A stretch of 64,000 nt of DNA, taken from IMG/VR virus record IMGVR_UViG_3300032245_001746, positions 124,001 to 188,000 of that record; one strand, given 5' to 3'. A program made the position numbers and the translations under genes. The notes beneath the pieces are model-generated. The model saw only the letters and a program-made list of their open reading frames with translations, was not told the origin of the DNA and ran no database searches. This document shows, piece by piece, positions 39,176 to 48,976 of this stretch; within the stretch, counting starts at the first letter, position 1; each line of letters opens with the position of its first letter.

Positions 39176-39923
39176 TTGATTAATTATAGATTTGGTGATT
39201 GGACGGTAATAAAAAAAGTAACAAATATTGAAAAAACAAAAAATTGTAAAACTTATTGGATTTGTCGTTGTAAGTGTGGTTTTGAAAGAAATTTCACTAC
39301 TTCTTACATTAATACAAATCAAGCAACATGTTGTGATCAATGTAAATTTGAAATTAAATTGTCTAAAGATAAAGAAATTCGCGAAAAATATTTAAATACC
39401 AAACATGGAACTTGGGAAGTAATTTCATATTGTGGTAAAAATAAGCATGGTAGTCGCATTTGGATGTGCAGATGCGAGTGTGGAAAAGAAAGAACTTTTT
39501 TAACATCTTATCTTTCTGGAAACGGAAAAAGATCTGCACAAATATGCAAAAATTGTGAATTGAAAAATTTAGAATTAGAAAATAGAATTTTTTTATATAC
39601 CTGATAGATTTTGGTATAAATTTACAAATTCATCACAACGCAGGAACAAATCTGTAGAGATAACAAAAGAACAAGCTAATGATATTTATTTGAAACAAAA
39701 TAAAAAATGTGCATATACGAATATAGATTTATATTTTACTAAATTTAATACTAATTTTAACAGATATACAAATGCATCAATTGATAGAATTGATTCTAGT
39801 AAACCATATACGCTGGAAAATATTCAGTGGGTTGATAAAAAAATTAATATTATGAAAAGTTCTTATAAATCAGAAGAATTTATTAAACTGTGCTGTTTGG
39901 TATCGAAAAAATTTACATTTTGA
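39176..39923 (+). pseudogene. HNH-type (His-Me finger) homing endonuclease split by a frameshift
   Basis: Two W.C.C.CG repeats, then a +1 shift at the T7 run 39588-39594 into IPDRFW...CAYT..SIDRIDSSKPY..NIQWV...N.MK. Confidence 0.75.
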
Positions 39924-39942
39924 TTTTTCAATCAATTGAAAC

Positions 39943-39984
39943 AAAGCCGTTCGAATGAGATTTACTTTTCATTCGAACGGCTTT
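39943..39984. terminator. Strong hairpin upstream of nadE
   Basis: 16-bp arms AAAGCCGTTCGAATGA/TCATTCGAACGGCTTT. Confidence 0.6.
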
Positions 39985-40031
39985 ATCATTTGGTGTCTGC
40001 TTTATTTGTTGAATTTTTAAGGAAATTGAAA

Positions 40032-42068
40032 ATGGAAGATCTTATTAGAGTTGCATGTTGTTCACCCGAAGTTTTTGTTTCTAATCCTGTTAAAAACAGA
40101 ATTGAAATATTGAAGGCAATAAATAAACATGCAAAAAATGCTGATGTTATCGTGTTTCCAGAATTATCTATTACAGGATATACTTGTAAAGATTTATTTC
40201 TTAAAGAAGAATTGTTAAATTCAAGTTTGAAAGAAGTTATAAATTTAGCAAAGGAAATTCCAAGAAACAAATTAGTATTTGTTGGTTGCCCATTACAATT
40301 AAGTAATGGCAAAATAGCTAATTGTGCATTTGGACTTAATGATGGAGTTATTAAAGGCATTGTTCCAAAACAATATTTGCCAAATTATAAAGAATTTGAA
40401 GAAAAAAGATGGTTCACTCAGGATTTAACGGAAGAAATTGATATTGTTTTAGAAAACAATTGTCATGTTCCTTTTGGTTCTAATATTATTTTTCTTTTTG
40501 GAAAAGCAAGAATGGCTGCAGAGGTATGTGAAGATTTATTTGCTCCAATTCCACCATCTACATTTACCGCTATGGCTGGAGCAAATATAATTGTAAATTT
40601 GAGTGCTTCAAATGAACTTATTGGAAAAGCAGAATATAGAAGAAAGTTGGTCGAACAACAAAGTGCCAGAACTCTATCTGCATATATTTATTGTTCTGCT
40701 GGTCCAACTGAATCAACCACCGATTTAGTTTTTGGTGGTCATAATATTATTTCAGAAAATGGTTCTATTTTAAAACAAAGTGAAAGATTTAAAGATTTTT
40801 CATATATCGAATATGATATTGATGTCCAGAAACTTAATCTTGAAAGAAGTGGTAATCCAACTTTTTCTGATTGTCAAAAAAGATTTGTTAAACCTGAAAA
40901 TTTCACATGGGTTCCTATTAATTTGAATCCAAATTTAAAACAAGATATTTTAAGACCAAAAGTTAAAAATCCATTTTTGTCTAATGACCCACAGGTGATG
41001 GAATCAGTATGTGATGAAATTATAAATATTCAAATATGTGCTTTAAAGAAAAGACTAAGTAGACTATCAAGTAGTAAAACTGTAATTGCGGTTTCTGGAG
41101 GATCTGATTCTACTGTAGCTTTATTGTCACTATGTGCAGCATATGATTCAATTGGATTTTCAAGAAAAGACATTTTGGGTATTACCATGCCAGGTTTTGG
41201 AACAAGTAACAGAACCAAAAATAATTCAGATGCTTTAATGGCGAGTCTTGGAATTACTCAAAAAGTAATTGATATTAAGCCAACAGCAACACAAACTTTC
41301 ATTGATATGAATCATATTCCATTCAAAGATTATAATATAACTATAGATGGAATAGAAATGAGCGTTGAAGAATATTTCAGAGGCAAACCTTCTAATTTAA
41401 CAGTTGAAGAAATTAGTAAAGTTCTAAATTATTTGCCTTCAAACGCTAAAGATTTAACGTTTGAAAATGTTCAAGCTAGACTTCGCACATTTTATGCAAT
41501 GAGTAGCGGATTTACTGTTGGAACTGGGGATTTATCAGAAGCAGCACTTGGTTGGTGTACATATAATGGTGATCATATGTCTATGTATAATCCTAATTGT
41601 ACTATTCCAAAAACATTGATTAAGTCATTAATTTTACATTTTGCTAATAATTATTCAAATTATTTCACTCAAGAACTTGGTGGAGATTTAAGTAAAATAT
41701 TAAATTCAATTTATGAAACTGTCATATCTCCAGAACTTTTGCCTTTAAAAGATGGCGAGATTGTTCAGTCTTCTGAAGAAAGTGTTGGATCTTACAACTT
41801 AAATGATTTTTTCTTATATAACTTTATCAGAAACAATTTTTGTTTTTCTAAAATATTAGATTATGCTGTACACTCATATGAAGATGAATATACTAAAGAA
41901 GAAATTGAAAAGTGGTTGAAGTTATTTTTTAAGAGATTTTTTCAGGCACAGTTTAAACGTTCTTGCTGTCCAGATGGACCAAAAGTAGGATCAGTAGGAT
42001 TATCACCAAGAGGTGATTGGAGAATGCCATCAGATGCAGATTTTGATTTATGGTGCAACAATGAATGA
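40032..42068 (+). CDS. nadE: Glutamine-dependent NAD+ synthetase
   Basis: Nitrilase domain (FPELSITGY, PKQYLPNY.EF.EKRWF, CEDL) plus synthetase domain (SGGSDST, ENVQARLR, SPELLP, QFKRS..PDGPK); start at ATG 40032. Confidence 0.96.
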   Translation: MEDLIRVACCSPEVFVSNPVKNRIEILKAINKHAKNADVIVFPELSITGYTCKDLFLKEELLNSSLKEVINLAKEIPRNKLVFVGCPLQLSNGKIANCAFGLNDGVIKGIVPKQYLPNYKEFEEKRWFTQDLTEEIDIVLENNCHVPFGSNIIFLFGKARMAAEVCEDLFAPIPPSTFTAMAGANIIVNLSASNELIGKAEYRRKLVEQQSARTLSAYIYCSAGPTESTTDLVFGGHNIISENGSILKQSERFKDFSYIEYDIDVQKLNLERSGNPTFSDCQKRFVKPENFTWVPINLNPNLKQDILRPKVKNPFLSNDPQVMESVCDEIINIQICALKKRLSRLSSSKTVIAVSGGSDSTVALLSLCAAYDSIGFSRKDILGITMPGFGTSNRTKNNSDALMASLGITQKVIDIKPTATQTFIDMNHIPFKDYNITIDGIEMSVEEYFRGKPSNLTVEEISKVLNYLPSNAKDLTFENVQARLRTFYAMSSGFTVGTGDLSEAALGWCTYNGDHMSMYNPNCTIPKTLIKSLILHFANNYSNYFTQELGGDLSKILNSIYETVISPELLPLKDGEIVQSSEESVGSYNLNDFFLYNFIRNNFCFSKILDYAVHSYEDEYTKEEIEKWLKLFFKRFFQAQFKRSCCPDGPKVGSVGLSPRGDWRMPSDADFDLWCNNE

Positions 42069-42312
42069 ATATGAAGACGAATCTTATTATCAAACTTATA
42101 TTGGATTGATAGAATATTTAAAACTTCATGATTATAAAAGAATCTATTTAGCTAACATGATGTCTCTCCACAAAGATGATATTAAAAAAATGAATTTGTT
42201 TATGTCATTTGATGAAATTCTTGTATCATCAAATGACCAAATAAATTTAACTATAGAAAAAATACAAAAAGCTTTTAATATTAATTTGAAAAAAGGAAAT
42301 GTTCAAATATGA
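42061..42312 (+). CDS. Small hypothetical protein
   Basis: Overlaps the nadE stop and the PP2C start. Confidence 0.6.
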   Translation: MNEYEDESYYQTYIGLIEYLKLHDYKRIYLANMMSLHKDDIKKMNLFMSFDEILVSSNDQINLTIEKIQKAFNINLKKGNVQI

Positions 42313-43109
42313 TTTTTAATCAAGATAATTTTTTATCAATTGGAAGTACGCATGAAATATGTCAAGATTATTCATTGCTTAATGATAAATTTATTGCCGT
42401 ATCAGATGGTTGTTCCGGAAGTAATTTAAGTGATTATGGATCTAGAATTATAACAAAATCTTCTTTAAATAATCAAAACAATTTTGAAGATAAAGAAGCT
42501 TTTGTTAAAACAACAATTAATTCTTCAAAAGAAATTATAAATCATCTTGAACTTCAAGAAGATTGTCTTTGTGCAACATTATTGGCTTGTAAGGCAAATG
42601 AAGATTTTTTTGATGTTTTAATTTGTGGTGATGGAACCATAGTTTGTGAAGATAAATCAAATAATTTGCATGTTTATGAATATTCATATGAATCAGGTGC
42701 TCCTTTTTACCCATTATATCTTCAAAATAAAGATTTAATAAAATTATATTTAGAAAAATTTGGATCATATCACACTTTGAATTATTATAAATATAATTTA
42801 ATAAATTTTGATTTGATTGAGTTTACAACTAGTAAAATTCCCATTAATGAAAATTTAAATACACATAAGTTTCCAACATCTGAATTTATTAGTGTTGCTT
42901 TATTTTCTGATGGTTTGAATTCATTTCAAGTGAAATCAAATAAAACGATTTATTCAAGCAAAAAAGTTCTACAGGATTTGTATGATTTTAAAGGATACAC
43001 TGGTAGATTCTTACTGAGAAGATGCAGAAAGCAGTTCTCTATTTTTGAACAAAATGGTATATCTCATTACGATGATTTTTCTATGGCTATGATAAGGACA
43101 TTAAATTGA
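42309..43109 (+). CDS. PP2C-like phosphatase (TerY-P type)
   Basis: G..H..CQD, AVSDGCS, ATLL, GDG, LFSDG, DD.S. Confidence 0.88.
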   Translation: MIFNQDNFLSIGSTHEICQDYSLLNDKFIAVSDGCSGSNLSDYGSRIITKSSLNNQNNFEDKEAFVKTTINSSKEIINHLELQEDCLCATLLACKANEDFFDVLICGDGTIVCEDKSNNLHVYEYSYESGAPFYPLYLQNKDLIKLYLEKFGSYHTLNYYKYNLINFDLIEFTTSKIPINENLNTHKFPTSEFISVALFSDGLNSFQVKSNKTIYSSKKVLQDLYDFKGYTGRFLLRRCRKQFSIFEQNGISHYDDFSMAMIRTLN

Positions 43110-43666
43110 AAAAAGTTGTTATCTTTGGAACATCTGGAAACCCAATCCATATTGGACATGAATTAATAATTAAAGAAATTTCTAAACATTTTGATGAAGT
43201 GTGGGTTTGTCCTTCTTATAAATCATCAATTAAAAATTTAATTGATTCAAAACACAGATTGAAAATGACTGAAATTTCGGTTAATTCGTTAAATAACGAT
43301 AAAGTTAAAATTTTTGACCATGAAATAAAAAATAAAATTTCCGTAAACACATATGATTTTTTAAAATATTTAAAATCCACTTTCTCAGATAAACAATTTT
43401 ACTTTGGTATAGGTGCAGATAACACTAAAGATATATTAAATTGGAAAAATTCAAATGATCTTATAAATGAAAACAACTTTTTAATCTTTAAAAGAAAAGG
43501 TTATGATTTAAATGTAAATATTTTTAAATCATATGAGACAATTGATGTTGAATTTATTGATGTGAGTTCTACTTATATAAGAAATAATATTAGAAATGAA
43601 AATGTTAAAAGTCTTCTGAATCCAGAAGTTTACAATTACATTGTTGAAAACAATCTCTATTTTTAG
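43106..43666 (+). CDS. nadD: Nicotinate-nucleotide adenylyltransferase
   Basis: NPIHIGH, HRL.M, IGADN...W, VSSTYIR, VYNYI..NLY. Confidence 0.9.
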   Translation: MKKVVIFGTSGNPIHIGHELIIKEISKHFDEVWVCPSYKSSIKNLIDSKHRLKMTEISVNSLNNDKVKIFDHEIKNKISVNTYDFLKYLKSTFSDKQFYFGIGADNTKDILNWKNSNDLINENNFLIFKRKGYDLNVNIFKSYETIDVEFIDVSSTYIRNNIRNENVKSLLNPEVYNYIVENNLYF

Positions 43667-43673
43667 GTGAATC

Positions 43674-45392
43674 ATGAAGTATTTTATAAAAGGTGGCGAC
43701 TCAGTAGATCTTTCTCAAAAAGATTTTATTGCATCTGGTGGTTTTGGCAAAGTTTATAAAAAAAATAATTTTGCATACAAAATATATGATAATCCATCCA
43801 ATATGCTTCCAATTGAAAAAATATCAGAATTAGCAGTATTAAAAGATCAAGATATAATAAAGCCAGAGAGAATAATTACAAATTCATCTAAAGAATTTGT
43901 AGGTTACACAATGCGTTACGTAAAAGGTTCTCCTATATGCAAAATGTTTACACACACTTTCAAAAAGAACAATAAAATAACAGACAAAATTTGTTTATCG
44001 CTTTTGAGCAAATTTTATACAAAAATAGAACATGTACATTCTAACAATATTTTGTTGGTAGACGTAAACGAACTTAATTTTTTAGTAAATGATTCGTTTA
44101 ACGAAATTTATTTTATAGATACAGATGGCTATCAAACTAAATCATTTAAAGCCACTGGCATAATGGATAGTATTAGAGATCGACATTGTCAAAATAATGA
44201 CTTTAATGAAAATACTGATTGGTTTTCTTGGGGAATACTTGCTTGTCAATTAATTACTGGACTCCACCCTTATCGTGGAGGGCATCCTGATTTTGACAAT
44301 ATTGATCTTGCTAAAAGAATGGATGCAAGAATGATTAAAAATATTTCTATTTTTAATTCAAAAACCAAACTTCCTCCTTTTATTAAAAATTTTGATAATA
44401 TTCCATCTGCACTTAAACAATGGTTTATTTCAGTTTTTGAAAATGGCAAAAGGATTAAACCTCCAAAAGACTTTGACTCAGTAATTATATTGACTCCAAT
44501 TAATGTAAAGGAAATAACAGGAACAAACTTATTTGATATATCTTTACTTTATTCTTTCAAACAAGAATTAATTAAATATAAAGAAATAAATGGAGATAAA
44601 TTTGCATTGTTGAATGATAAATTAATTTTTAACGATAAGTCTTACAATATTCCAAATGTAAAATCTGAATTGTTTTTTAATGTTCCATCTTCTTTAAATA
44701 AACCATTTGTTTATTACATAGAAAATGAAACATTAAAATGTTTTGATTGCATTTATCAAACAGAAATTGAATGTTCTTTAAAATCTACTGATATTTTTCA
44801 AGTTGATGATAGAATTTATTATGTAAATAAAGATAAATTTTATGAAATTGAAATTATTAAATTATCAAATAAAGTAATTGTTGAATCTAATTCTGTAGGA
44901 AATGCATTAGATATTCCTAATGCAACCAAATCATTTGATGGAACATTAATGCAAAACATGTTGGGAAGACATTATTTTTCAATTAATCCTAAATCTAGAT
45001 TCAGCTATCAAATAGGAATTAAAGAATTAGATTCTTATACAGTTATTGATGCGAAATATGAAAAAAATGTTTTAATAGTTTCTGCAATTACCAGAAAAGG
45101 TATTAATGAAAAATTTGTAATTAGATTTAATTCTAATTATACTTCTTATTCTTTAAGAAAGATATCTAATGTTCAAAATTCTGATGTTAATTTTACAGTA
45201 AATCAATCTGGAATTTGCATATTCCTAGTTGATGACTCAAATATAGAAATATTTTCTAATAATTCTGAGACAACTTCTGTTAAATCATTTAATGATCAAA
45301 GTATAGATACTAGTATGATCCTAACATCCAATGCATCAAAAGTAATGTTTGTAAAAGATAAATCAGTTTATTCTATATCTGTTAAAAACTAA
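43674..45392 (+). CDS. Ser/Thr kinase (TerY-P type) with C-terminal extension
   Basis: GGFGKVY, AYKIY, DVNELNFLV, IDTD.YQ, TDWFS...HPY.G. Confidence 0.88.
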   Translation: MKYFIKGGDSVDLSQKDFIASGGFGKVYKKNNFAYKIYDNPSNMLPIEKISELAVLKDQDIIKPERIITNSSKEFVGYTMRYVKGSPICKMFTHTFKKNNKITDKICLSLLSKFYTKIEHVHSNNILLVDVNELNFLVNDSFNEIYFIDTDGYQTKSFKATGIMDSIRDRHCQNNDFNENTDWFSWGILACQLITGLHPYRGGHPDFDNIDLAKRMDARMIKNISIFNSKTKLPPFIKNFDNIPSALKQWFISVFENGKRIKPPKDFDSVIILTPINVKEITGTNLFDISLLYSFKQELIKYKEINGDKFALLNDKLIFNDKSYNIPNVKSELFFNVPSSLNKPFVYYIENETLKCFDCIYQTEIECSLKSTDIFQVDDRIYYVNKDKFYEIEIIKLSNKVIVESNSVGNALDIPNATKSFDGTLMQNMLGRHYFSINPKSRFSYQIGIKELDSYTVIDAKYEKNVLIVSAITRKGINEKFVIRFNSNYTSYSLRKISNVQNSDVNFTVNQSGICIFLVDDSNIEIFSNNSETTSVKSFNDQSIDTSMILTSNASKVMFVKDKSVYSISVKN

Positions 45393-45393
45393 T

Positions 45394-45777
45394 TTATTTT
45401 AAGTTTTTCAATTTATAAACTGTTTTATAACTTAAAGCTATCATTTCGTCAAGAATATTTTGCAAATGACTATCTTCTAGAGATTTACTGTAATTCTTTG
45501 TTGTTTCAATAAATTTTTGTAAGTATGATACTACATCAGTAGCTTCTACATCTTTTATTTTATATGTTTTAATAATTCCATATTGACCTTGGTAGGTTTC
45601 AATAAAGTCATCTGTTAAATCTAAAATCTTTTCATAAAATTCATTTAGAGCCTTGTGTTCTGAATATGAATTTGTTTGCAAATGTTTAATGTGAATTTGA
45701 TTTCTTGCACTAAAAAGTAACGAAGCAAATTCTGTTATGTTAATTTTTTCTGATTTAAATTCATTAATTGTTTTCAT
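45394..45777 (-). CDS. Ferritin/Dps-like protein (DUF5856-like) with leader
   Basis: H..H.QT.SY.EHKAL..FY....D.F.E.YQG; N-terminus MKTINEFKSE. Confidence 0.75.
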   Translation of the reverse strand: MKTINEFKSEKINITEFASLLFSARNQIHIKHLQTNSYSEHKALNEFYEKILDLTDDFIETYQGQYGIIKTYKIKDVEATDVVSYLQKFIETTKNYSKSLEDSHLQNILDEMIALSYKTVYKLKNLK

Positions 45778-45785
45778 ATTTTTTC

Positions 45786-46592
45786 CTAGTAGTTAATCCA
45801 TAAGCATTCAACTTTTTGTTGCTTAACTTTACTTTGAGACGCATGGTTTGGTACAGTTTTCTTTACGCACTTCCATCCCTTATATAATCGTTTATATAAT
45901 GCAGATTGATAACCACTTAAAACAACTTTTCCTTTAAAGTTGTTTAAAACATGTGCAAGTTTAATATGTTGGTCAGTATCTAGCTCAAATTCATAGCATT
46001 CTTTTGCAACACGTGTATCTGGAAGATATGGTGGGTCTACATAGCAAAGTGTTTCTTTTTCATCAAATGCTTTAATTGCATCAAATGCATTTTTATTTAA
46101 TAAAAATGTTTCTTTTAATCTCTTTGAAATAATTGGTAGTTCTTCTAAAATTGTAATCCAAGCATTAACTTCTCCAGGATTGCCTCCTCTTGTGCGATCT
46201 GACCAAGAAAATGCTTTTTTTAATCCGCCTCTTGACATTCTTCTAATTACAAATTCATTTATTGCATAATCCAGATCGGAATTTTTAGAAGTTTTTTCAT
46301 ACAATGATTTTTCAAATGATTCTTTGCAATATTCTATTTTTTTTAATTTCTTTATAAAAACATTGTTTTCATCTCTCAAGGCTCTAAGTATTTGCACTAC
46401 GCCTGGATCTAAATCATTTAAGATTTCTGTTTTTGATGGCTTTTTATTCAAAAAAACACTTGCAGCACCACAAAATGGCTCTAAATAATTTAATTGTTCA
46501 TAATTTTCTGGGAAATTATCAATTATCCAACCGTGGAGATAATTTTTACCACCATGAATTTTAAAAGGTGGTCTAATTTTTTCTTTTGTCAT
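45786..46592 (-). CDS. DNA adenine methyltransferase (D12/Dam family)
   Basis: GGK, YLEPFCGAASV, LNDLD, DPPY; start likely ATG 46592. Confidence 0.9.
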   Translation of the reverse strand: MTKEKIRPPFKIHGGKNYLHGWIIDNFPENYEQLNYLEPFCGAASVFLNKKPSKTEILNDLDPGVVQILRALRDENNVFIKKLKKIEYCKESFEKSLYEKTSKNSDLDYAINEFVIRRMSRGGLKKAFSWSDRTRGGNPGEVNAWITILEELPIISKRLKETFLLNKNAFDAIKAFDEKETLCYVDPPYLPDTRVAKECYEFELDTDQHIKLAHVLNNFKGKVVLSGYQSALYKRLYKGWKCVKKTVPNHASQSKVKQQKVECLWINY

Positions 46593-46791
46593 TGCGTGCT
46601 TTCTGATCAAAATTGTGAATTGCACAATTGCAAATATGGCAATTTATATCAAAATTGCCATATTTATCTTGCCAGAACCAAGCGTTTTTTAATTGTTTAG
46701 AATTTTGACAACTTTCGCATATCGCAACTACAACTTGCTCTTCAAAAGGCACAGAATTGTCTATCCAAAAATAACATGGTTTATTGTGCAT
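46573..46791 (-). CDS. Small Zn-ribbon protein
   Basis: CESC and CHIC pairs. Confidence 0.55.
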   Translation of the reverse strand: MHNKPCYFWIDNSVPFEEQVVVAICESCQNSKQLKNAWFWQDKYGNFDINCHICNCAIHNFDQKARNDKRKN

Positions 46792-46807
46792 AAACAAATA
46801 ATAGTAA

Positions 46808-47335
46808 TTACTTTGCAGAAATCCACTTTAAAAATTCAGATTCTGATCTATTTCCTACTATAGTTTTTCCAATTTGAGTTCCATCACTTTTCAAATGAAT
46901 GAAAGTTGGTATAGCTTGAATTTTAAATTGAGTAGTTAATTCACGATTATTATCAGTGTTAATAACAACATAGTGATAATTCTTCAATTCTTTTTTTACA
47001 TTTTCTTTTGAAAGAGTATTGGATTTCATTTGTTTACAAGAAGAACACCATTCAGCAGTAAAAAATAAAATTATTTCTTTTTGATCTTTTTTTGCTTTTT
47101 CCAATACTTGTGAATACTCCTCGCCAGAATATTCTCTCCATTCTTCACTTTCTTCAGGTTTAATTGGATCTGTTTCTTTAGGTGGTTGTGATTCTTGCTC
47201 TTGATGATGCTGCGGCTCTTGTATCGGCAAATTATTCTTTAAATCATCCATTTGCATCTTGGTATTATAAGAAATCATAGTACCAATGACTAATATTGCA
47301 AGCGACATGTTGTGTGTACTCCTTTTCACGATCAA
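46808..47335 (-). CDS. Membrane-anchored thioredoxin-like protein
   Basis: N-terminal hydrophobic segment; FTAEWCSSC, IPT; AGGAGG RBS. Confidence 0.85.
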   Translation of the reverse strand: MIVKRSTHNMSLAILVIGTMISYNTKMQMDDLKNNLPIQEPQHHQEQESQPPKETDPIKPEESEEWREYSGEEYSQVLEKAKKDQKEIILFFTAEWCSSCKQMKSNTLSKENVKKELKNYHYVVINTDNNRELTTQFKIQAIPTFIHLKSDGTQIGKTIVGNRSESEFLKWISAK

Positions 47336-47433
47336 ATCCTCCTGTCAAACCGATTCTACAACAATATTTATGATTTTGAAGTAAAAAAAACTCTTTTTAT
47401 AATAAATAAAATAAGTTTTAAAGCGGAGCAACA

Positions 47434-48309
47434 ATGAAAACATTTAGTAAATATATAGAAAATCAAAATATTGAAGGTAAAATTGTACAAATAGCTACAA
47501 TATTGTCAGAATCTAATTTAGAGCCAAATATCTTTTTAAAAACATGGTTTGACAAAAATGATCCTGATTTATCCTTAGTATTAACTGAAGCTGGAATGTG
47601 GGATGGTATAAAACAAGGAATAGGCGCAGTTGGTGCTGGTCTCAAACAAGGATTTCAAAATTTTAAAAATAATGCTTTCGGACCAGAAACACATTATACA
47701 AATGCGGTCACATCATTAAATAAACTTCTTAATTTCATTGAAGCAGATCCAAATTTAAAACAAAATTATTCAAGATTTACAAATAACATTAGCGGAATAT
47801 TAAATGATTTAAAAGCAAATCAAGGTGATGTTCCAATGAGCAATAATGGTCAATGGACATCAAGAAATCAAAATTCTTTCAATAATGTTAATCCTCAACA
47901 ACCAGTTCAGCCACAGCCTAATGTTCAACAACAATCACAACCTCAACAACCTGCTCCTGTGCAACAACAATCTAATTCGATGTATGATGTGAACGCAAGA
48001 GCAAAAGCTAAAAGAGCAGGACAAAATCAACCTCAGTTTCAATCACAATCACAACAAGTGAATCAACAACTTCCACAGTCTCACCAACAACAAAATCAAT
48101 TGCCACCTGGACTACAACCAGTTAGTGGCTTAACAAGTGGATCGCATCCAGATAATTATGCTTGGAACCCAAATTCTAATACTTATATGTTTAAAAAATG
48201 GAATCCAAAAACAAAAAGTTATTCTTGGGAACGCACCAATAGAATAATGGGTAATAATCATAATAACAACAAAGTTCAGAGCGATATTGAATGGCTTAGA
48301 AATCAATAA
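47434..48309 (+). CDS. Gln/Asn-rich protein with leader
   Basis: MKTFSKYIE; internal LTE-AG; QP-rich tail. Confidence 0.75.
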   Translation: MKTFSKYIENQNIEGKIVQIATILSESNLEPNIFLKTWFDKNDPDLSLVLTEAGMWDGIKQGIGAVGAGLKQGFQNFKNNAFGPETHYTNAVTSLNKLLNFIEADPNLKQNYSRFTNNISGILNDLKANQGDVPMSNNGQWTSRNQNSFNNVNPQQPVQPQPNVQQQSQPQQPAPVQQQSNSMYDVNARAKAKRAGQNQPQFQSQSQQVNQQLPQSHQQQNQLPPGLQPVSGLTSGSHPDNYAWNPNSNTYMFKKWNPKTKSYSWERTNRIMGNNHNNNKVQSDIEWLRNQ

Positions 48310-48317
48310 AGGAAAAC

Positions 48318-48491
48318 ATGTTATTAACATATAAACAATGGTGCGAAAATATGTGGGGAAACACTCCATCTAACATGAGAAAACCTTCTGATGGTTGGGC
48401 ATGTAAACAGAGTTATTCTTCGAATAGTTCTTCAGCAGGTAGTGGTAGTCAACCAATGCAAAAAAGTATGAAAAAGAAAATGAAGAAATAA
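48318..48491 (+). CDS. 57-aa protein with leader (below ORF-track cutoff)
   Basis: AAGGA RBS; MLLTYKQWCE...SMKKKMKK; stop abuts terminator. Confidence 0.7.
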   Translation: MLLTYKQWCENMWGNTPSNMRKPSDGWACKQSYSSNSSSAGSGSQPMQKSMKKKMKK

Positions 48492-48520
48492 AAAAAGCCA
48501 CAGTTAACTGTGGCTTTTTT
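48491..48520. terminator. Bidirectional terminator (perfect 30-bp palindrome)
   Basis: AAAAAAGCCACAGTT/AACTGTGGCTTTTTT. Confidence 0.85.
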
Positions 48521-48543
48521 GTTTAGTTTGATTTCAAATAAAA

Positions 48544-48882
48544 TTATTCAACAAAAGGTACACCTGTTGAAACAACGATATAGTTGTGAACAACATTACC
48601 ACCAGTAATTGTGAAAGAAACGAAATTTGAATCAGAATTGTTTGTTTTAGCAACAACAGGAAGTGTTGAGCCAGAAGCAGCAGTTACAACAACTGCATAC
48701 TTAGTATGATCGCCAGTCAAAGGTGCTGGAAATGTTACAGTTGCTGTTCCACCGCTAAGTGTAACAACGCCTGCTGTAATAACACGTGGACTCAAAAGAG
48801 GTACGAAATTGTTTCTTCCATTTTTTGGACCTTTGTGTTTAGCTGCTCCTAAACCTTTTCCTGTTACAGATGTAGCACTCAT
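48544..48882 (-). CDS. Probable virion structural / decoration protein
   Basis: Small V/T/G-rich beta protein, strong AGGAG RBS. Confidence 0.6.
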   Translation of the reverse strand: MSATSVTGKGLGAAKHKGPKNGRNNFVPLLSPRVITAGVVTLSGGTATVTFPAPLTGDHTKYAVVVTAASGSTLPVVAKTNNSDSNFVSFTITGGNVVHNYIVVSTGVPFVE

Positions 48883-48976
48883 ATTATAAATCTCCTATAA
48901 AAAGTTAAATTATATATCATTATCTTTTTTATTTTTATTGTTTTTGGAAAAAATTTTTTCCAATCTATATAAATAT

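Noticed and set aside
39936-40031. N-terminal extension of NadE in the ORF track
   Set aside because: Spans a hairpin; an RBS-like AAGGA precedes ATG 40032.
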